A stretch of DNA of 55,364 nucleotides from Leptolyngbyaceae cyanobacterium (GCA_965263355.1 CBDHHL010000013.1:1-55364); one strand, 5' to 3'. Positions 1-8,716 are shown, numbered from the stretch's first letter. The notes: generated by a model from the letters alone, not told the origin. Numbers and translations: made by a program.

Positions 1-715
1 GTTCTTCGTATTGCTGACGTAGTTCTTCGTATGGACGCTGGAAGTAACCAGGGAATGAGTCTTGGAGGGTTTTGTATAACTCAGTCGTTGGTAATTCCCA
101 TTGGTGACTAATACCAAAATAATGCGAGGCCATGCCCCCACCTTTTACAGACTTCCCTAAGGCTAAATTAATTTGTTTGTTTGAGATATTAGCGGCTGCT
201 TTTTGCCCCTGGAACCATGCTCGCAACGGTTCAAACACAAACCCGCGCAACTCATCACACTTTGCCTGATATCCTGCTGCGCCTTTAGCTGCGTTATCTG
301 CGCCGTAATGTTCACAAAAGATAATTGATTCCGATGCAGGAAAATAGCCTCTAAGAATTTCTTTGCATGATCCTTTATGAAATCCTTGTTCCTTTCGCCA
401 TCGAATATTGTTCAGCACATTAAACCGATCGCTCAACAACACCTCAACTTGTGCTGACATTTTTGTGCTCGCGAAACAATACAAGCTGCCATTAGGTTTT
501 AATATGCGTTGCCATTGCGCGGCTAGCTGGTCAATCCATCTCAAGAATTCTGCTGAATTATCCCAGGCGCGATCCCACCATTCGAATTTACCTTTAGAAC
601 CGCCCCCTTTTACCTTAAAAAAAGGTGGGTCAGTTGCTATTAGATCAATGCTGCTATCAGGGATGCCGTTCATCACTTCCAAGCAATCGCCCTGAATAAC
701 TTGATTTAATTCCAT
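1..715 (-). CDS. DNA methyltransferase, N6A/N4C beta class; 3' end runs off the window
   Basis: Not in the ORF track. Manual translation from ATG 715: MELNQVIQGDCLEVMNGIPDSSIDLIATDPPFF...WQRILKPNGSLYCF; open to position 2. Confidence 0.9.
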   Translation of the reverse strand, partial: MELNQVIQGDCLEVMNGIPDSSIDLIATDPPFFKVKGGGSKGKFEWWDRAWDNSAEFLRWIDQLAAQWQRILKPNGSLYCFASTKMSAQVEVLLSDRFNVLNNIRWRKEQGFHKGSCKEILRGYFPASESIIFCEHYGADNAAKGAAGYQAKCDELRGFVFEPLRAWFQGQKAAANISNKQINLALGKSVKGGGMASHYFGISHQWELPTTELYKTLQDSFPGYFQRPYEELRQQYEE

Positions 716-802
716 AGCAAAACTCAGCACGATCGCACTAGTACATTATCCCCTGAAAGTGCCAGAATAGACCTAAGCTGTCAACTTTGGATATGCCGTG
801 AG
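709..802. repeat. 94-bp direct repeat, copy 1 (MTase upstream region)
   Basis: Matches 1656-1749 with 5 mismatches. Confidence 0.92.
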
Positions 803-809
803 ATTCCGT

Positions 810-1639
810 TCAGCTTGCCAATGCATCCCAGATATCTAGCTGCTCTTTTTCTGCAATAGGTTTCTTGTCGCTAGGCTCTGTTTGCCCCGGTGCCCATACT
901 TCATTAATACGATTTTTAGCGATCTCAAAATAATCAGTATCTAGTTCAATCCCAATAAACTTACGACCTAGTTTTTTGGCCGCGACTCCGGTACTACCAC
1001 TGCCCATAGTAAAGTCTAGGACGGTTTCATTGGGCAGCGTGTAGGTCTTGATCAGATACTCCATCAGGGCGACGGGCTTTTGGGTGGGGTGGAGTCTGCC
1101 CGAAGACGCTCTCTCGTCACCTTTTATTGAGACAATATTTTTAGGGTAGAAAAGCCCTATGTTTATAGTTTTTACGTTGTCTGATTGATCGCCAAAAATA
1201 CTGCTTTTATTGCCCTTGCTGATTGCCGTATAACTTTTTCCTTTCTTCATGCATGGGTAATAATTAGTTTGCCCTTGGCCAAAGACCAAAACGTCTTCAG
1301 TTATTTTCAATGGTTGTTTCTTGGCATTCAAATGACCAGCGAACTTATTTACTTTGTCCCACGTCCAGCAATACTTGAACCACCTCGGATTACTCATCAC
1401 TAAGGCACTGGTAAACGGCTGGGAGCCAAATAAAACTATTGCCCCATTAGGCTTAACTAGTTTCTTTAATCTCATCCACATTTCATCAAACGGGATCACA
1501 CTATCCCATTTGCAAGCGGTCGTGCTCAACCGTAAGGTGGATCTGTAATAATAGCGTCTACAGTTATTTTGTCAGCTATTAGTTGGCCCATTACATCAAG
1601 GCATTCGCCTTGAAATAGTTGAACTAGATCTTCCTTCAC
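810..1639 (-). pseudogene. Second N6A/N4C DNA methyltransferase, split by a 5-nt insert with TGA (pseudogene or recoded gene)
   Basis: RBS AAGGAGGTGA then GTG 1639: MKEDLVQLFQGECLDVMG...AIITDPPYG* (1526-1639); next frame TTACKWDSVIPF...HPTQKPVAL...VLDFTMGSGSTG...FIGIELD to stop at 810. Confidence 0.85.
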
Positions 1640-1655
1640 TAATGATCACCTCCTT

Positions 1656-1749
1656 ATTCCATAGCAAAACTCGGCACGATCGCACTAGTACATTATCCCC
1701 TGAAAATGCCAGAATAGATCTAAGCTGTCAACTTTGGATATACTGTGAG
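1656..1749. repeat. 94-bp direct repeat, copy 2
   Basis: Matches 709-802; retains ATG GAA followed by TAA on the minus strand. Confidence 0.92.
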
Positions 1750-1751
1750 CG

Positions 1752-2162
1752 GTGATGAACGTAACTGATAGCGATGATTATGTAGCTTTGATGATTGCTG
1801 CGGGTTCTCTAGCCTTAGGCGCGATCACAATTGTTGCATCGGCTGTATCTGACAAAATGGGCGCTGCTGAGACGACTGGGGGCTATGCCGTAGCTACAAC
1901 CGGGTTAAGTGGCGCTGCGGGCTTAGCGCAAGGTGGTGGAAAAAAGAAAGATGAAAAAGACATCCCTGATCCTGAGCCTACAGTCCCCACACCTGAACCT
2001 ACGCCACCGACATTCAGCAGCCCAGTAGAACCCGTGAGTATCGATCCCCCTGGTGGTGACACTGACTATGCTCATATGGGATTTCAATTGCCGTCGTCAG
2101 CTGGAGATACGGGCTGTCTTAAGGCGACACTTTACGGAATGGAGGTAAATTTTATCCCTTAA
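1752..2162 (+). CDS. Small membrane protein with Pro-rich tail
   Basis: Hydrophobic N-terminal helix, second Gly/Ala-rich segment, KKK then PEPT repeats. Confidence 0.65.
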   Translation: MMNVTDSDDYVALMIAAGSLALGAITIVASAVSDKMGAAETTGGYAVATTGLSGAAGLAQGGGKKKDEKDIPDPEPTVPTPEPTPPTFSSPVEPVSIDPPGGDTDYAHMGFQLPSSAGDTGCLKATLYGMEVNFIP

Positions 2163-2165
2163 ACG

Positions 2166-2205
2166 ACAAAAACGCTCAAGCTTCTCAGTCTAAGAGCGTT
2201 TTTGT
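2166..2205. terminator. Probable bidirectional intrinsic terminator
   Basis: ACAAAAACGCTC...GAGCGTTTTTGT hairpin between convergent genes. Confidence 0.7.
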
Positions 2206-2246
2206 CAGTGGTGACCATGCCAGACGGCTAGGGGATTTAATGTGCT

Positions 2247-2774
2247 CTAGTCTAGCACATCTAATTTTGTTTGCCATACAAAAGACGGCAGTAGTCCTTG
2301 AGCACCGTTTAAGATTTGCATGGATTCAACCAAAGTTTTGAATGTTTTAAGATAAATATCTGGATTCTTTTCCGAAAGCCGATTACCTGCGATGTTCACC
2401 TTTTCAACATCATTACTACAAATATAATCGGCTAATTCTTCGGCGCTAGGATTTATTAGCAATAATTTTTTTAGATTTTTTGCAGTTCCTATTGTGAGCC
2501 TTCCACCTGGGCTATTTTGACGACCGAACCATACAGTTAAGTCTGTGTCAAAAACATTTGCTTTTGTCCTAGGTGGATATCCAGCCTCAGGATACTCTTT
2601 GAGGCCGAACATTTTAAGTGAGTAATCCGATATATTTTCTCCTGACCAAGTTTGAATCATGTAACCTTTGGCGGCCCATCCACCAGTTTTGAATCCGCAA
2701 TACCTAGCAGCATCTAAACCCGCTCTATCTGCTCCGGTCTGGCCACCAGAATGAAACTTTAATTGTTTGAACAT
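2247..2774 (-). CDS. Circularly permuted YpsA SLOG family (putative molybdenum carrier-like) protein
   Basis: HSGGQTGADRAGLD, YPPRTKANV.DTD.T and VNIAGNR motifs; start taken at MFKQLKF. Confidence 0.85.
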   Translation of the reverse strand: MFKQLKFHSGGQTGADRAGLDAARYCGFKTGGWAAKGYMIQTWSGENISDYSLKMFGLKEYPEAGYPPRTKANVFDTDLTVWFGRQNSPGGRLTIGTAKNLKKLLLINPSAEELADYICSNDVEKVNIAGNRLSEKNPDIYLKTFKTLVESMQILNGAQGLLPSFVWQTKLDVLD

Positions 2775-2811
2775 TTTTTTGTGCTGTGCTAATCCTTTAT
2801 TTTTTAAGTCT

Positions 2812-3174
2812 CTAATAAGAAATACGATCAGGTAAATTAGCATTTAATGGCAATGCAGATTGAGCGTATTGAGGCAGTCGTTTAACCACCCTCCATCCTT
2901 TTGTTTTCAATGAACCTGCTAAATAATATCCTTTCCCAAAAGCCCAGTCTTCTCTGTACTCAACACCTTCTAATCTTAAAAACTTAGTTCTTTCATCTAG
3001 CGATGCAGCTAACCGCATTTCCTTAAACAACCGACGTGAATGATTTGAATACGCAAGCACAAAGCCTTCCTCAACTCGCAAAGAATCAAAATCTTCCATA
3101 GGGTGCCTATCATTGATAATTTTCTGAGCAATGATGACACCATGGGCAGTTTTTCTTGTAGTTACAAACGCCAT
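2812..3174 (-). CDS. Hypothetical protein
   Basis: 120-aa ATG ORF directly upstream of the SLOG gene. Confidence 0.65.
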   Translation of the reverse strand: MAFVTTRKTAHGVIIAQKIINDRHPMEDFDSLRVEEGFVLAYSNHSRRLFKEMRLAASLDERTKFLRLEGVEYREDWAFGKGYYLAGSLKTKGWRVVKRLPQYAQSALPLNANLPDRISY

Positions 3175-3247
3175 TGCTTTTTAACATCTATTGACATCTC
3201 CTAATTTACACGCTACATTTTTGAGTGTCAACACAAATATTGAATTG

Positions 3248-3490
3248 ATGCCAGACGTAAACATAGAGATTACGCTGGAGCTAGCCGAAAAAGTTCTTGA
3301 CGCCTTGCCTGAACTACTTAAAGTAGAAACCCATGGCTTGACTCAAGAAGACTTAGGCTTAAAGCTAGGCTTAACAAAGTCTTCAGCTAGCACTACGATT
3401 TCTAGATACGAAAAAAGTTCATACCATGGTGTTAAACTGTGGAGGCTGAGAGAGGTTGTAAAAGCCCTTTCAGATCTAGTCCAAAAGTAG
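3248..3490 (+). CDS. XRE/Cro-like HTH regulator
   Basis: GLTQEDLGLKLGL...TTISRYEK. Confidence 0.8.
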   Translation: MPDVNIEITLELAEKVLDALPELLKVETHGLTQEDLGLKLGLTKSSASTTISRYEKSSYHGVKLWRLREVVKALSDLVQK

Positions 3491-3598
3491 TCCAGAACAA
3501 AAAACGCTTTCAACAGAAGTATTGAATAACAAGGGTTGTAGCGTAGTTGATTAGTTGCGGTTGCAGCAGCAAGTCAAAGTAATTTAGGAATAAAAACT

Positions 3599-3859
3599 AT
3601 GAGTTTAGGTTTCGGCCTTGATCCAGACATTTGGACAGACGATCTCGATAAGCTAACGGCAAGCGACAGTAAAGGCGTTTTGTATGCTGGCTTTTCCAAA
3701 AGCAATACGCTTTTCTTTTTCATTTCTATGGACCGGTTTGGAGAATTTAATTTGTGCAAGGTGACTCTTGGTAAAGGAAAGTCTGGGAGTTTAACTGCGC
3801 TTAAAACGCTGCCTAAATATTGGACAGAAGCGAAGAATTTAGGCGTTAATTGGAGATAA
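3599..3859 (+). CDS. Hypothetical protein
   Basis: 86-aa ORF with AGGA upstream. Confidence 0.55.
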   Translation: MSLGFGLDPDIWTDDLDKLTASDSKGVLYAGFSKSNTLFFFISMDRFGEFNLCKVTLGKGKSGSLTALKTLPKYWTEAKNLGVNWR

Positions 3860-4014
3860 GGTAGGTTAAATCGCTTGCTGTAACGTCGTACTCATCCCAG
3901 GGGCGATAAACGGGGTTATTGTATCAGTCTTCATTGTCTCGCCTTGGTCTGTCCCTGGCACTGGTGAAGCTGTCCCCTGGTAAACGATCGCTATCATTTC
4001 AACTTCAGTTTCTT

Positions 4015-4398
4015 TTAGCCCAGACAATGGCTCGGATACACAGGGGGCTGTCTTGTGTCAATTAATAGGTCATGCAGGCGAAAAAAGATCCTAGGGTCCG
4101 TTGGCGTTTGCCATAACTTATAGATATCTGGCCCAGACCCTAGCCCTACCTGAATATTTTGAGTTCGATACGCCGTTTGCATAAAGACTTTGAAAATTAT
4201 GCCCGTTGCATTAATGGGATTGTCTAATAAAAGTTCAATATAATTGCTATTCCCATTGGTCGCAGTGCCCGCGATGCGAGCCCCATCATTCGAAACATCA
4301 AAACCCGTCGTCACTAAATCAGTTCTGATCGTATTGGCCAGGGTGCGACCTGTAAATGTGGGATAGAACTGGGTTAGACTTAGGCTTGGTGCGACCAT
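4015..4398 (-). CDS. Hypothetical protein, possibly frameshifted at the 3' end
   Basis: 127-aa ORF; an alternative frame continues to 3866. Confidence 0.55.
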   Translation of the reverse strand: MVAPSLSLTQFYPTFTGRTLANTIRTDLVTTGFDVSNDGARIAGTATNGNSNYIELLLDNPINATGIIFKVFMQTAYRTQNIQVGLGSGPDIYKLWQTPTDPRIFFRLHDLLIDTRQPPVYPSHCLG

Positions 4399-4463
4399 GG
4401 ACTGTTAGGGTGCTGCCCGTATTGTATCAATTAGTCAATACTGTCAGCAAACGACCAAGGATT

Positions 4464-4787
4464 TCAGCTGCGGTCATTTTTGGCAAAAGAAATTACTGAC
4501 TCACGAATGACGCGTGATTTATTCAAAAAAGCTTTTCCTGCATCAGTCAGAGAGTAATATTTACGTCGTGCCCCTTCCCTGCTTTCTGTAGCATCGCCCC
4601 ATTCAGACGAGACAAAACCTCTATTTTCTAAGCGTTTTAATATCGGATATAAAGACCCAACAGGGATTTTGCGTTGGCCTTGCGTTGCTTTGTCGATTGA
4701 TTCAGATATCTCTAACCCATACAAACGCTGATGCTCAATAACAGTCATTAATAATTCTTGCGTGTTCGTCAGGTCTAGCTCTGCCAT
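4464..4787 (-). CDS. PadR-family transcriptional regulator
   Basis: LYGLEI...GSLYPILKRLE..GFVSSEW...RRKYYSLTDAG. Confidence 0.93.
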   Translation of the reverse strand: MAELDLTNTQELLMTVIEHQRLYGLEISESIDKATQGQRKIPVGSLYPILKRLENRGFVSSEWGDATESREGARRKYYSLTDAGKAFLNKSRVIRESVISFAKNDRS

Positions 4788-4849
4788 GGAATAGCCCCAT
4801 AATTACTACCTTACGATTGTAAGGTATTTTGTGGGCAGTCATGCCCAAT

Positions 4850-4926
4850 GTACGGATAAATGACAGGGGGTTGTATTGTGACAAAGGGTGAGGGTATATT
4901 AGAAGAGTAGCAAGCGAGAGAAAAAG
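4850..4926 (+). promoter_or_regulatory. Duplicated sigma70-like promoter/leader, copy 1
   Basis: TTGTAT-18-TATATT; near-identical to 7621-7699. Confidence 0.75.
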
Positions 4927-4929
4927 CAA

Positions 4930-5139
4930 ATGAAAAGCCTTTATGATTTACCCGTCAAAAGCCTAGGCCATAACGAAGATTACCAAAGTCGTCTCGAAGA
5001 TCTGCGTTATCGGGCTAAATTTCCAAATTTGTCTAATTACATGATTGGAGTAAATGATTTAGTCGTTCGGTTTATTTTTGACTCAGACTTACTGTCTAAA
5101 TTAATTGATTTGCATGTCACCAATACCAAAAACGCTTAA
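4930..5139 (+). CDS. Hypothetical protein
   Basis: 69-aa ORF directly after the promoter. Confidence 0.65.
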   Translation: MKSLYDLPVKSLGHNEDYQSRLEDLRYRAKFPNLSNYMIGVNDLVVRFIFDSDLLSKLIDLHVTNTKNA

Positions 5140-5403
5140 CCCACAGTGCCCACACTGTCAGGGAAAGACCCAAAAAAACAAAGTGCTGAAATCAGGCAGA
5201 CAGCAATATAAATGCACCGTCTGCAAGCGCTGCCATACCCCAGGGAAAACCGTAGGTGGTAGGCCCCCAGTCGATGCCCCGTCAGCAGCAACGCTTAGAC
5301 AGCGGAGAAGTAGGGGTTGTAGCTGTTCGGTAATTTCTACCCATACCTAGACAAAACTATCCGATTGTCCACATAATCATTATGTAGTCAGTAGGATAGT
5401 TTT

Positions 5404-6027
5404 ATGACATCTGAAGAAATGCCTATCAGTATTGGTGAAGCAGCCGATCTATTGGGTGTTAGCGTTAAGACTGTTAGGAGATACGCTGATAAAGGTAAAA
5501 TCCCATTTGAACGTGCTCCCAGTGGCCATAGACGCTTCTACCGTTCACAGCTTCAAGCTAAATCTAAAACCTTTGATACTGACCGCGTAACGGTTAACTA
5601 TGGTCGAGTATCAAGCCATGACCAAAAGAAAGACCTAGAACGTCAGGTAACCCGACTAGAAGAGTTCAGCAACTCTCATGGATGGCATTACACCACGATT
5701 CAAGATTTAGGTTCGGGACTCAATTACAAGAAAAAAGGACTAAAGAAGTTAGTCAAAATGATACTCAATGGTGAAGTTGAGCGTCTTGTTATAACCCATA
5801 AGGACAGGCTTCTAAGGTTTGGCGCTGAACTCATATTTATGATGTGTGATGAGTTTAATGTTGAGGTTGTCATAGTCAACAAATCACCTAAAGAACGTGA
5901 TTTTGAATCTGAGCTAGTAGCTGACATGATCGAATTAATTACACTGTTCAGTGCAAAACTTTACGGGTCAAGGTCTCACAAGAATAAAAAGGTAGTTGAG
6001 TCTGTGGTCAAAGCTACCCAAGAATAA
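5404..6027 (+). CDS. tnpA: IS607 transposase (MerR-like HTH + serine recombinase)
   Basis: SIGEAADLLGVSVKTVRRY; YGRVSSHDQKKDLERQ; DLGSGLN; HKDRLLRFG; FSAKLYGSRS. Confidence 0.95.
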   Translation: MTSEEMPISIGEAADLLGVSVKTVRRYADKGKIPFERAPSGHRRFYRSQLQAKSKTFDTDRVTVNYGRVSSHDQKKDLERQVTRLEEFSNSHGWHYTTIQDLGSGLNYKKKGLKKLVKMILNGEVERLVITHKDRLLRFGAELIFMMCDEFNVEVVIVNKSPKERDFESELVADMIELITLFSAKLYGSRSHKNKKVVESVVKATQE

Positions 6028-6097
6028 GCCATTATGCTTATAGACATTTTGGGTAGGTATGGGTATATTTTAATTATGTCGTTTACAGGTCGATACG

Positions 6098-7504
6098 ATG
6101 CCTACACTAACCTATTGCAAAGGTTTACCTACTCCAGCTGATGAGCTAAATGCTATTGGCTTTACTGAGTTTGAAATGTTCCTAACAGCCTATGCACCTA
6201 TATTTCATAAGGCTGTTTGTGAAACTGTTGCTCAGTTGCTATCAGACAGTTTCAATAAATCAAAATGGAATACTCACCTACAACAAACCTATGGCATTTC
6301 TAAACGTCATGCTAACGGAGTGATCTCCAGTGCAAAGGGTAGTGTAGATAGCGCTAAAGAGTGCCGTAAACTTCATGTAAAGCAGCTTGAGGGCAAGCTT
6401 AAATCTACTAAGCAGTGGGTGAAAAAGTCACTTAAACGGATTAAGCGTAAAGACTTTTACCCAGCCTGTAACCTACATACCCGTAGAACTCGATTACAAG
6501 ACTTACGGTTTGCTATCCACCATAAACAACGGCGTATAGCTGTTTTAGAGAGCCAGATTGACAACCTTAAAACTAAGCCTATCCAGGTTACTGTTCCCCG
6601 GTCTCAATGCTTTGTAGTGGGCTCTAAGGATGAAAGCTATGGTAACCAAACAGTTCAGTGGGCTGGTAACACAATTAAATTTCGTGTTCCCTATTGCCTA
6701 GAATCTAAATTTGGTAAACATGTTGAAACTAAGCTAGGTGGGTTTGAGCGCAACATTAACCGGATACCCTCAGATGGTGCTAAGACTTGGCATTTTTACC
6801 GTAAGGATGGCAAGTGGGTAGCAGCTGTTCAGTTCACCCCTAGCGCTGTTAAAAGGGTCTCTAAGCACTCAATGTATGGGTGCATCGGTATTGACCTCAA
6901 CCCAGGCTCTATAGGGTGGGCTTATGCCGATACTGATGGAAACCTAAAAGCTCATGGCCAGATCCCCTTACAAATGGGTTTACCCACAGGTAAACAGGAT
7001 GCTCAGATTGTTGATGCAGTTATGCAACTTGTCACCCTAGCTAAAACTTATAAATGCCCTATCGTTGCTGAGAAATTAGACTTTAGTAATAAGAAAACAT
7101 CACTCAAGGAACAAGGTAAAAAGTATGCTCGGATGCTGTCAGGGTGGGCTTATAGTCGGTTTAATGAGTTGCTAGATAGTATTTGTCAAAACCGTGGTAT
7201 CCGAGTTCTACGAGTAAACCCAGCTTATACCTCAGTTATAGGTCTGGTTAAGTACTCTAAACAATATGGTTTAGCCTCTGATGAGTCAGCAGCGCTAGCA
7301 ATTGCTAGACGTGCTATGAGGCTATCCGAAAGACTCCCAAGCTCCATAAATGCCTATCTAGAGGTGAACTCTGGAAAGCACATCTGGAGCCACTGGTCAC
7401 AACTGAATAAACAACTGAAAACCAAACGAGTAAGGCGACATACCTTTTACTCTATCTCTAACTGGGAATTCCTGGACAAGCGCAGTAAGTTACACAGCTG
7501 CTGA
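6098..7504 (+). CDS. tnpB: TnpB RNA-guided endonuclease-related protein
   Basis: RuvC motifs IGIDLN, IVAEKLDF, VNPAYTS, DESAALAIARR; downstream of IS607 tnpA. Confidence 0.9.
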   Translation: MPTLTYCKGLPTPADELNAIGFTEFEMFLTAYAPIFHKAVCETVAQLLSDSFNKSKWNTHLQQTYGISKRHANGVISSAKGSVDSAKECRKLHVKQLEGKLKSTKQWVKKSLKRIKRKDFYPACNLHTRRTRLQDLRFAIHHKQRRIAVLESQIDNLKTKPIQVTVPRSQCFVVGSKDESYGNQTVQWAGNTIKFRVPYCLESKFGKHVETKLGGFERNINRIPSDGAKTWHFYRKDGKWVAAVQFTPSAVKRVSKHSMYGCIGIDLNPGSIGWAYADTDGNLKAHGQIPLQMGLPTGKQDAQIVDAVMQLVTLAKTYKCPIVAEKLDFSNKKTSLKEQGKKYARMLSGWAYSRFNELLDSICQNRGIRVLRVNPAYTSVIGLVKYSKQYGLASDESAALAIARRAMRLSERLPSSINAYLEVNSGKHIWSHWSQLNKQLKTKRVRRHTFYSISNWEFLDKRSKLHSC

Positions 7505-7620
7505 CGCAAGCGAAAGCACTAGGAGTAGGTTTTCTGAAAATACACCGTGGATTTTCTGGCTAGGTAGATATGGTAATACTTGACCACATTTGTCTAGTTA
7601 TTTAGAAGCGGCAGCAAAAC

Positions 7621-7699
7621 GTACGGATAAATGGCAGGGGGTTGCATCGTGACAAAGGGTGAGGGTATATTAGAAGAGTAGCAAGCGAGAGAGAAAAAG
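7621..7699 (+). promoter_or_regulatory. Duplicated promoter/leader, copy 2
   Basis: TTGCAT-18-TATATT; matches 4850-4926. Confidence 0.75.
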
Positions 7700-7702
7700 A
7701 TT

Positions 7703-7963
7703 ATGTTGACTGGCAACTATTGCATTGACAAAGCCGCTAAAAACGTTCTAGAGGAACAAGTAAAAGCAGCTAGCAAAAAACTTAACGAATATCCAAGAGA
7801 AGCCAATGGGTTAACACCCGCATCTACAAAGGCCATGGTCGGCTGGCAGGAAGCTAAAATCGCTTATGGTAATGCATTTAACTCTCTTCGTAAGTTTAAC
7901 GGGGCATTTTGTAAGCGATATAAAAAAGAAATTCGCGCTGAACGTAAAGTTAAGGCAGCATAA
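7703..7963 (+). CDS. Hypothetical phage protein
   Basis: Basic 86-aa ORF between promoter and terminator. Confidence 0.75.
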   Translation: MLTGNYCIDKAAKNVLEEQVKAASKKLNEYPREANGLTPASTKAMVGWQEAKIAYGNAFNSLRKFNGAFCKRYKKEIRAERKVKAA

Positions 7964-8010
7964 AATAAACCCCCTGTTAGCCAAGCAAATGCTAACAGGG
8001 GGTTTGTTTT
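7963..8010. terminator. Bidirectional intrinsic terminator
   Basis: AAACCCCCTGTTAGC...GCTAACAGGGGGTTT between convergent genes. Confidence 0.85.
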
Positions 8011-8028
8011 ATATTTGGCCGTTAAGCT

Positions 8029-8475
8029 CTAAAGCTTAAACTGCTCTAACACGCCTGAATCAATTTGTTCTTCCGATAAGCCCATATCAAGCAAAACTTG
8101 CCTTGGAAGATTGCTTAAGTCTTGCGTCCGCTCGATTTTTACCCATGGGTTCTCTTCGTCTGGCAATGGGGCATAGCTAAACTTAAACGTATAGACTGCG
8201 TTGTATGCGTGAGTAGGGATATCAGGAATATATTCTTCATAGTCATCATCAATTAGCCATGGACCCAAACGTTGATGAGTAACTGCGCCGGGAAATCTAG
8301 GATCTGCGCTGTCAGGGTCTATTTTCTTTTCAGTCCCCATGCGTTCTTGATCGTTAATCTTTGCCCTGCCGCTGTAATCAACTAAAACGCAAGTCATGTC
8401 TTGAGCTTCATCGTAAAGCTCGTCAGGGATTCGATCCATGTCAGGGATGCAAACAATTAAATCTGGCTTATTCAT
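8029..8475 (-). CDS. Hypothetical protein
   Basis: Start MNKPD after GAGGAG. Confidence 0.7.
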   Translation of the reverse strand: MNKPDLIVCIPDMDRIPDELYDEAQDMTCVLVDYSGRAKINDQERMGTEKKIDPDSADPRFPGAVTHQRLGPWLIDDDYEEYIPDIPTHAYNAVYTFKFSYAPLPDEENPWVKIERTQDLSNLPRQVLLDMGLSEEQIDSGVLEQFKL

Positions 8476-8477
8476 AA

Positions 8478-8711
8478 TTACTCCTCCTCTTCGCTGTATA
8501 TGTCGCCTTGACTTTGATCCATTGAACTGGCTGGAAACTGGCAATCGCCTATGAAAATACAGTCTATCGGCAAGATAGGATCTCTTGTCTGTTCATAACG
8601 ATTTTCAGTCTCTTTATATTGTTTCCAGCCGTATCTTTTTGCCATGTCATCACAATGTTGTTTTGACGCGGCAGAGTATCGAGTCTCTTTTTTGTTGTTG
8701 AAAAAATTCAT
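8478..8711 (-). CDS. Hypothetical protein
   Basis: Start MNFF after AAGGA; operon-like spacing. Confidence 0.7.
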   Translation of the reverse strand: MNFFNNKKETRYSAASKQHCDDMAKRYGWKQYKETENRYEQTRDPILPIDCIFIGDCQFPASSMDQSQGDIYSEEEE

Positions 8712-8716
8712 TTTCC

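Larger units (their letters stand above)
5316..7611 (+). mobile_element. IS607-family insertion sequence (~2.3 kb)
   Basis: Serine recombinase + tnpB; GG dinucleotides at 5314-5315 and 7610-7611; no TSD or terminal IR; excision restores the host ORF. Confidence 0.88.
5114..7652 (+). pseudogene. InsA-like zinc-ribbon protein gene interrupted by the IS607 element
   Basis: CPHCQG...SGRQQYKCTVC; removing 5316-7611 restores RQRRSR-AAKRTDKWQGVAS* ending at 7652. Confidence 0.75.

Noticed and set aside
408..695. 95-aa plus-strand ORF in the track
   Set aside because: Antisense shadow of the minus-strand methyltransferase 1-715
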